A DNA stretch of 32,000 nucleotides from Flavobacteriaceae bacterium (GTDB lineage: Bacteria; Bacteroidota; Bacteroidia; Flavobacteriales; Flavobacteriaceae): the NCBI GenBank assembly GCA_965224465.1, contig OZ245049.1, positions 630,001-662,000 of the forward strand. The letters are read 5' to 3'. The notes under the pieces were generated by a model that was not told the DNA's origin, made no database searches, and was given only the letters and a program-made list of their open reading frames with translations. Made by a program: the position numbers and the translations under genes. Positions 26,450-32,000 of the stretch are shown here, in pieces; within the stretch, counting starts at the first letter, position 1, and each line of letters starts with the position of its first letter.

Positions 26450-27262
26450 TTAAAAATCATGTTATAGTTAGTATCTACAAAATCCTCTATATAATTACTT
26501 GTAATCACATCTTCAAAATCTTTCATTTTAAAGAATTTTTTAAAGTTTGAAGCTTTTTCTGCATTATCTCCTTTAATTATTTTATTTATTGAACCCTTAT
26601 TCTCTTTCAACCAGGTCTTTAACTTTTCCGCAGTCATTTCTGTTTTATCCATACGATATTGAATTTCATTTAAATTATCCGCGTTAAACAAATCTCGTTC
26701 AATAAATTGCTCTTTTATAGTTTTACTAGATATACTTCCTGGTCCACTTTTGTATTCTGTTTTTAAATTTCCGGGTGTACAATTAACACAAAACAAATCA
26801 ATACTCGAATCATTATTAGTAGCTCTTGCATTGGGTACAGAATGCTCAAACCTAAGCTTTTTCCCTGCAAACTCTTTCCCGTTTGCATTTAAATCCCTTA
26901 AAACCCAATGTGCTCCTTGCTTTTGATTGTTGGTACCATTTTTAAAGGTACTTACTATTTTATCAAATTATCTATGGTTGTGTTTGGGTTCTGATGTACG
27001 AATTGACCAAACTTATTTAAATCGTTTAACACATCGGCATAAGATGCAGAAAGTGTTCCCGTTTTATATCCATTTAAAGACGCTAAAACTTCATCACTCA
27101 AACCAAGGGGTTCGAATGCAGGGCTTTTTCGTATGTCTGCCAAGGCCTGTATAGCATCCGTATTTCTTGTTAAGCCTATTGCTGGGTTATTCCCTCCTGT
27201 TCTTTTATTTATGTGTAATAACTGCCAACTCTCTGCCAATTCAAGTTTCTGAGCGGGTTCAA
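26446..27262 (-). pseudogene. Orphan polymorphic-toxin C-terminal module, frameshifted
   Basis: It begins with PAQKLELAESWQLLH; the 30 nt at 27225-27254 are identical to 28812-28841 inside toxin A. It has no own start and follows the upstream stop directly. Frame 1 stops at 26955-26957 (…NPNTTIDNLIK*). Another frame continues without a start as IVSTFKNGTNNQKQGAHWVLRDL…, joining track ORF 26446-26796. The shift must lie in ttgataaaatag (about 26955-26966). Confidence 0.7.
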
Positions 27263-27275
27263 TAATTATAAAACG

Positions 27276-28004
27276 TTATAAAACTGAACCATCTATTTGT
27301 AAAACACTACCATCAGAAATATTATATTTACTAGTCATAACCAATAATTTCTTCTTTAGTTTGGTGTAATACGGATGCCATTCAGTTAATCCTTCTTCTT
27401 CATCAAACATCAATGAATCTACCCATTTCAATCTTCTTTCAAACTCTGGATCATTACATAGTTTTGAGATAATCAATAATCTAAAAAGCCATGCTGCCCC
27501 ACCTGCTATAATTTCATGCCCATATTTCCCATCTACTTCTAATTGATTTACCTTTGCTAAAATATTCGGTAAAAAACTGTAATGTTCTACAAATTTAAAC
27601 CCCGACTTTTCTAAATAATTTACTAGCCAATCAGCAAATTCTTCAACCTCCTCCTTCTTTTTAAAGAAATTGTACATGTATTTATTTTTGAATAAAGTCT
27701 TAAAACTAAAATCTTTTACAGAGTTTAAAAAAAGTTCATCTTTAGGCTTATAACTAATTAGCGTATTTGTTGGTATCCCAATGTTCAGAATAACATCTTC
27801 TACTTCAAAAATTGAAGGCATTAAAGAACTAGCTCCAATAGTTCCATTTTCATTAAAATTAAACACACAAAAATAAACCTTGTCATCAAACCTTTTGAGA
27901 TAGCTTAGACCTGGTCTAGAATTTAATAATTTATAACTTCTTTCTAATAACAAGAAATTTAACCTATCAAATATAATTTTTTTTCTTACTTTTTTTTCAA
28001 TCAT
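27276..28004 (-). CDS. Putative immunity protein of toxin A (family not recognised)
   Basis: This 242-aa cytoplasmic-looking ORF starts 12 nt after the toxin A stop and sits between the toxin and the orphan module. Confidence 0.55.
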   Translation of the reverse strand: MIEKKVRKKIIFDRLNFLLLERSYKLLNSRPGLSYLKRFDDKVYFCVFNFNENGTIGASSLMPSIFEVEDVILNIGIPTNTLISYKPKDELFLNSVKDFSFKTLFKNKYMYNFFKKKEEVEEFADWLVNYLEKSGFKFVEHYSFLPNILAKVNQLEVDGKYGHEIIAGGAAWLFRLLIISKLCNDPEFERRLKWVDSLMFDEEEGLTEWHPYYTKLKKKLLVMTSKYNISDGSVLQIDGSVL

Positions 28005-28016
28005 TTAATTTACTTT

Positions 28017-31000
28017 TTAAATTAGTTCAATTGTTAAATTATCTATATCGTTTGCTGAGCCATGATCTGCAATTTTAAATATTTTTTGGTTAGATACCTT
28101 AAGAATATCATTTTCATTAAGATCAAATTCTAATTTAGTGTACTTCAATTTCATCTCAGTTTGTCCATTAATAATAGCTCCAAAACCTTCTTTTTGTCGA
28201 ATAGTAAATCCTGTTTTTTGACTCAATTTATTTTCAATGATAATAACATCTATAATTTCATTTGTAGATTTACTTCTTTTTATTAGTACAATATCTGCTT
28301 TCATAAATCCATTTTTAGTTATTAATGGTATTTCCGTCAAAACTTGATAATCTTCTAGTCTCTTAATTCCAATACTATTTGTTAACTTAGCAATAAATGA
28401 AGGATTACTTTTATCGTTTATAAGTGTAACAATATTTTCTCCCAATTTCCTTCCTTCTGCAGAATAATGTTGAAATCGTTCAATATTCTTACTGCGTTTA
28501 ATCCAATTTGACAGTTTAGTATCTTCATTTCGTCTTAATACTTCACCAATGATATCAAACTCATCAATACTAAGGTTCGCCCCTTTATGTGAGGTGATTC
28601 CTTTAACATATACTATATTTTCTTCTTTATTTAAAAGATTTAAAAACTCTTCATCACAATCATCAATAAACTTAGATAAAGTAGATTTACCATCTACATC
28701 TGTTAATCTTTTTATCAAATTTTGATTACTCTTATTTAATTTACTGAATTTCTCAATTTTAATAGGGTCGGTTTTGACAAAAGATTTTGGATTAAATTTA
28801 TGTAATACTTTCCAACTCTCTGCCAATTCAAGTTTCTGAGCAGGACTTTTACCATCAAACAAGATACGTAAACCGCTATTTATATCGGTTTTTAAGGCCT
28901 TTTTTAATTCGTCCGTAAAAGAGATAGGTAAATCGGATAAAAAGTTGAGTAAGTTGTCTATTTTCTCCAATGGTAAACCATCAACTCTAGCCCATTGCTT
29001 AGCCTCATCCAAATTAGCACTCATGGAGGATGAAAAATGTTTTTCACCTTTGCTTAGATCTACAATATAATTAGGATCATGTATCGAAAAATGAGTTATA
29101 ATCTTGCTATTATCTGTATGTGATATAATTTTAAATCGTTTGGCAGATTTTAATGCAAATACGCCGTATTGTGTTACTCCAACCGCTACAACACTAACAC
29201 CATACATACTAGCCTCTACGTAATCTCGTTCTTTGATTGCATAGATTATACCTATAGCGTCGGGTATAAAATCTAAGCCTGTTGGGGCGAGCATTAAGGA
29301 AGCTACATCAATTTTATCGTACACCAATTGTTTTTCATCAACAACTTTATACAGATGTTCATTTGTTAATGCGAAATACTGCCCATCGGCAAATTTTACA
29401 TTTGCCATATAATTTGATAAAAAATCCGATTTGTATTTATCAAAATGGAATTTTGCATAACTAATTCCTATATGTTCTAAACCTGCCTTTTTTACACTTG
29501 CGATATAAGGTTCTCTTAAATTTACAGGGTTATTATCTACAGGTAGATAATAATTCTCAGACTTATTTACAAAAGCTAATCTATCATTTTCAATTGCTTT
29601 TTTAAGTTCCTGTTCATACCCCTCTTTCCAAATCCTGTACTTTTCAATATATTCGGGTCGTAATATAATACCGTATCCATCACCAGTTTTAACGCTTTTA
29701 AAAGGATTTGGTCTCTTTGCTTCTATTCTTTTTACTGCATCAAAAGAGGGACTTTTTAATAATACCAAATGATTGATAAATGGATAGCCCTTTACATGTG
29801 TATTATTTGCTTTATAGATAGATTTTATTTCTCCCGATGCATTAAAAATTACAAATTGTAATTGTACAGGCTTTGGAATTTCTTTGTAGAAATTTAAAAA
29901 ATCACTATTAAAACTCTCTTTCTCTTTAAAATTAAACGATACCGATTCAAGTTCACCATTTCCATAACCACTACTATTATAACAATCAGTTGTATAATCG
30001 GTAAATAAAAAATTCTGTTCATAGCTACGGGATACTAAAATAAGCCCTGTATTTATGACTCCTGCCTTATCAATAGCTGTTTTAGCCATTGTTTGTAATT
30101 GAACATCGTTATATAAAGTATTAGTACCGGTTTTAAGAAAAATAACCAATACCTTATTCCCTGTATGATACTGTAATAACCGTAGTTTATCTTCGTATAC
30201 CTGAAGTTTAGATGCTTCTAATAGTGAATTATTTCCTATAAAACCAAAATGTTTAATCTCTCTATTTGGCGGGTATTCCGTTGCACTGTCATTTATTTCA
30301 CTATATAACAAGGCAAACTTCTCATTAACGGCATTTTGATGTGTTTCTAATATGGAGTCATAGTATGTAAATTGTTTGCATTTGTTCCCTTTAGGTTTTT
30401 CTTTACAGTTTACAGCTATCGTTTTAGTTATAATTTTTGAAGTAGAATCAATTTTCTTTCCTTTATGTTTTTTTGCCTCTTTCCATGTTGTTTGGTATAA
30501 TTTATTATTACATGGAGCTATATAGTGAAACCAATATACCTTTTTACTTTCATCAGATAAATCCACCAATTTAATCGGTAATTTTTCACCTCCAAAAACA
30601 TAATCATTTCCATTTGCTACATATTCTTTTCCTTTAAAATTAATCCCCCTTACCGCACCTTGCGGGATGTTAGTAGCATTGGGAACAGAACTTATAGAAG
30701 AATACGTAATAGAATTATTAACAAATGTAAAAGGCTGCCAATTAGCAGTTAAAAATACACGCTTTGATAATTCCCCTTCACTATCCCCATCAAAAACCCC
30801 AATCCTCAATTTCGGATTGTGTATGGCTTTCCAATGTACATAAGGTAAATGCTCTCCTTTGTTATAATCTAGTAACCAATTGGTACTTCCTGTAGCATAT
30901 TTATAACTATGAGAAGAAAACGGGTGTTTTAGCTGGAAGGCACCGTGGGCGAGTTCGTGTGCTACGGTTATCCCCCCAGCCCCCGAAGGGGGAGAATTTG

Positions 31001-32000
31001 CGGTAAAAATATAACCGAATTGTCTGCCTAATGGCATGAGTCCTTTTTCTCCTGCGGTGCTGGGCTGTTTGTCTGTTAAGATTAAATAATAAGCTTCAGG
31101 GTTAAAGTTACCATGCTCTTTTAATGCCTTATTTATACTACGCTGTTGCTCTGTGTATTGCGCTGCAAAGCCACTTTCTCCACTTTTTATAGTGCCGTCT
31201 GGTGTTAAACTGTTTAGGGTCGCTGTAAAATCGTTAATTACAGAAATATTTAGGCTAACTGCTGCTTGTTGGTAAATAGCTTTTAGTTTTTTTGTAATGG
31301 CACTTGTATTCGCTTTTGAAGTATTTACCAATACTACGACCACTTCCTTTATGGCAATTTGGTATTGCATAAAAGCCCCTGCTATTTGGTATTTATCGCC
31401 TTGTTTTACTAAGGCTTGGGTTTCTATATCGGCATCGCTTAGCGTTCCTTTTAATTTCAACGTATAGGAAGTACTAGTACTATCTACTTTTTTCAGTCCT
31501 ACACCATCTTTGGTTTTAAAAATAATGTCTTGAGGTTTTATACTATCGTTGGTAATTTTAAAATTGGCAACAATAAATTCTACCGTCCCTTTAGCTACCG
31601 CTTTGTAAGGCATGTAATAAGCTGACCCTAACTTTTTGTACAAGTCCTTGGTTTGTGGCTGGCTTGGGCTGTAGGCGTCGAATCCAGTAGGCAGTGTTGC
31701 AGTAGGCAGTTGGGTGAACGTTACGGTGACACCTTGTGCGGTGATGTTGGTGGCTTCTCCTTTGCTGTTTACGCCTGTGGTATTTTCCACAGTGGTAGTA
31801 CCGCCTTCGGCTTGTGGACCTAATTCGGTTACATTTCCTTGTTCGTCTACATGGTATTTTTTTGGTAGTACTGGTGGTTTTGCTTTAGGGTCTCCGCTGT
31901 CGGTTATTATATAGTCCTCGCCTCCAGATAATTCTACAATAGGTGCACCGCCTTTTCCTACTAATAATATATCTCCGTTGCTAGGGTCTACTAGGATTTC
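28017..32000 (-). CDS. Large polymorphic toxin A: zincin-like HExxH N-terminal region, long central region, PD-(D/E)xK (restriction-endonuclease-fold) nuclease-like tip; 5' end outside window
   Basis: The frame is open from 28017 to the window end. The track start at 31790 is an internal GTG, because 31791-32000 still aligns with toxin B codons (the B start would map about 135 nt beyond the window). It contains ITVAHELAHGAFQLKH. The C-terminus KADIVLIKRSKSTNEIIDVIIIENKLSQKTGFTIRQ fits a D ... ExK ... Q nuclease core. Confidence 0.8.
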   Translation of the reverse strand, partial: EILVDPSNGDILLVGKGGAPIVELSGGEDYIITDSGDPKAKPPVLPKKYHVDEQGNVTELGPQAEGGTTTVENTTGVNSKGEATNITAQGVTVTFTQLPTATLPTGFDAYSPSQPQTKDLYKKLGSAYYMPYKAVAKGTVEFIVANFKITNDSIKPQDIIFKTKDGVGLKKVDSTSTSYTLKLKGTLSDADIETQALVKQGDKYQIAGAFMQYQIAIKEVVVVLVNTSKANTSAITKKLKAIYQQAAVSLNISVINDFTATLNSLTPDGTIKSGESGFAAQYTEQQRSINKALKEHGNFNPEAYYLILTDKQPSTAGEKGLMPLGRQFGYIFTANSPPSGAGGITVAHELAHGAFQLKHPFSSHSYKYATGSTNWLLDYNKGEHLPYVHWKAIHNPKLRIGVFDGDSEGELSKRVFLTANWQPFTFVNNSITYSSISSVPNATNIPQGAVRGINFKGKEYVANGNDYVFGGEKLPIKLVDLSDESKKVYWFHYIAPCNNKLYQTTWKEAKKHKGKKIDSTSKIITKTIAVNCKEKPKGNKCKQFTYYDSILETHQNAVNEKFALLYSEINDSATEYPPNREIKHFGFIGNNSLLEASKLQVYEDKLRLLQYHTGNKVLVIFLKTGTNTLYNDVQLQTMAKTAIDKAGVINTGLILVSRSYEQNFLFTDYTTDCYNSSGYGNGELESVSFNFKEKESFNSDFLNFYKEIPKPVQLQFVIFNASGEIKSIYKANNTHVKGYPFINHLVLLKSPSFDAVKRIEAKRPNPFKSVKTGDGYGIILRPEYIEKYRIWKEGYEQELKKAIENDRLAFVNKSENYYLPVDNNPVNLREPYIASVKKAGLEHIGISYAKFHFDKYKSDFLSNYMANVKFADGQYFALTNEHLYKVVDEKQLVYDKIDVASLMLAPTGLDFIPDAIGIIYAIKERDYVEASMYGVSVVAVGVTQYGVFALKSAKRFKIISHTDNSKIITHFSIHDPNYIVDLSKGEKHFSSSMSANLDEAKQWARVDGLPLEKIDNLLNFLSDLPISFTDELKKALKTDINSGLRILFDGKSPAQKLELAESWKVLHKFNPKSFVKTDPIKIEKFSKLNKSNQNLIKRLTDVDGKSTLSKFIDDCDEEFLNLLNKEENIVYVKGITSHKGANLSIDEFDIIGEVLRRNEDTKLSNWIKRSKNIERFQHYSAEGRKLGENIVTLINDKSNPSFIAKLTNSIGIKRLEDYQVLTEIPLITKNGFMKADIVLIKRSKSTNEIIDVIIIENKLSQKTGFTIRQKEGFGAIINGQTEMKLKYTKLEFDLNENDILKVSNQKIFKIADHGSANDIDNLTIELI

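Noticed and set aside
26760-26860. Nucleic-acid deaminase motif (HxE … PCxxC) in the orphan toxin, suggested by FEHSV … CVNCTPG
   Set aside because: There is no Glu two residues after the His and no Pro before the first Cys, so the motif does not hold.

Overview
AT-rich segment that looks like Flavobacteriia/Bacteroidota, judged from gene content and lipoprotein/signal-peptide style only. Positions 1-11.4 kb are ordinary chromosome, all on the minus strand: a vWA-like membrane protein (partial), FabG, an M16 zinc-peptidase lipoprotein, an NYN/OST-HTH protein, a large outer-membrane beta-barrel-like protein and a secreted hypothetical. From about 11.5 kb to the window end is an accessory island built almost entirely from toxin-immunity modules and small mobile DNA. 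(1) A YefM-YoeB pair is bracketed by 117-bp direct repeats. (2) A tandem cassette array encodes compact (274-294 aa) signal-peptide toxins. They share an identical 90-aa leader but carry unrelated C-terminal tips (an Endonuclease_NS_2-like nuclease; a possible TNT-like NADase). Each has its own downstream immunity gene, and the cassettes are interleaved with duplicated SUKH/SMI1-KNR4 immunity genes and stubs of an older toxin. (3) Two paralogous polymorphic toxins of more than 1,250 aa share a 1.23-kb 5' region with a zincin-like HExxH motif. One is apparently intact, with a PD-(D/E)xK nuclease-like tip, an immunity gene, a frameshifted orphan tip and a beta-propeller immunity gene. The other, with a WHH-type HNH nuclease tip, is split by an IS66 element (perfect 8-bp target duplication, reading frame restorable) and an IS1595-family element (no target duplication found). 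(4) A convergent XRE-SUKH operon has a regulator frameshifted in an A8 tract. (5) Two families of REP-like hairpins occur, one tied to decayed RAYT (IS200/Y1-type) transposase stubs and one forming 179-bp nested palindromes that truncate toxin genes. No rRNA, tRNA or CRISPR array was recognised. All family assignments come from motifs read by eye and need profile searches.
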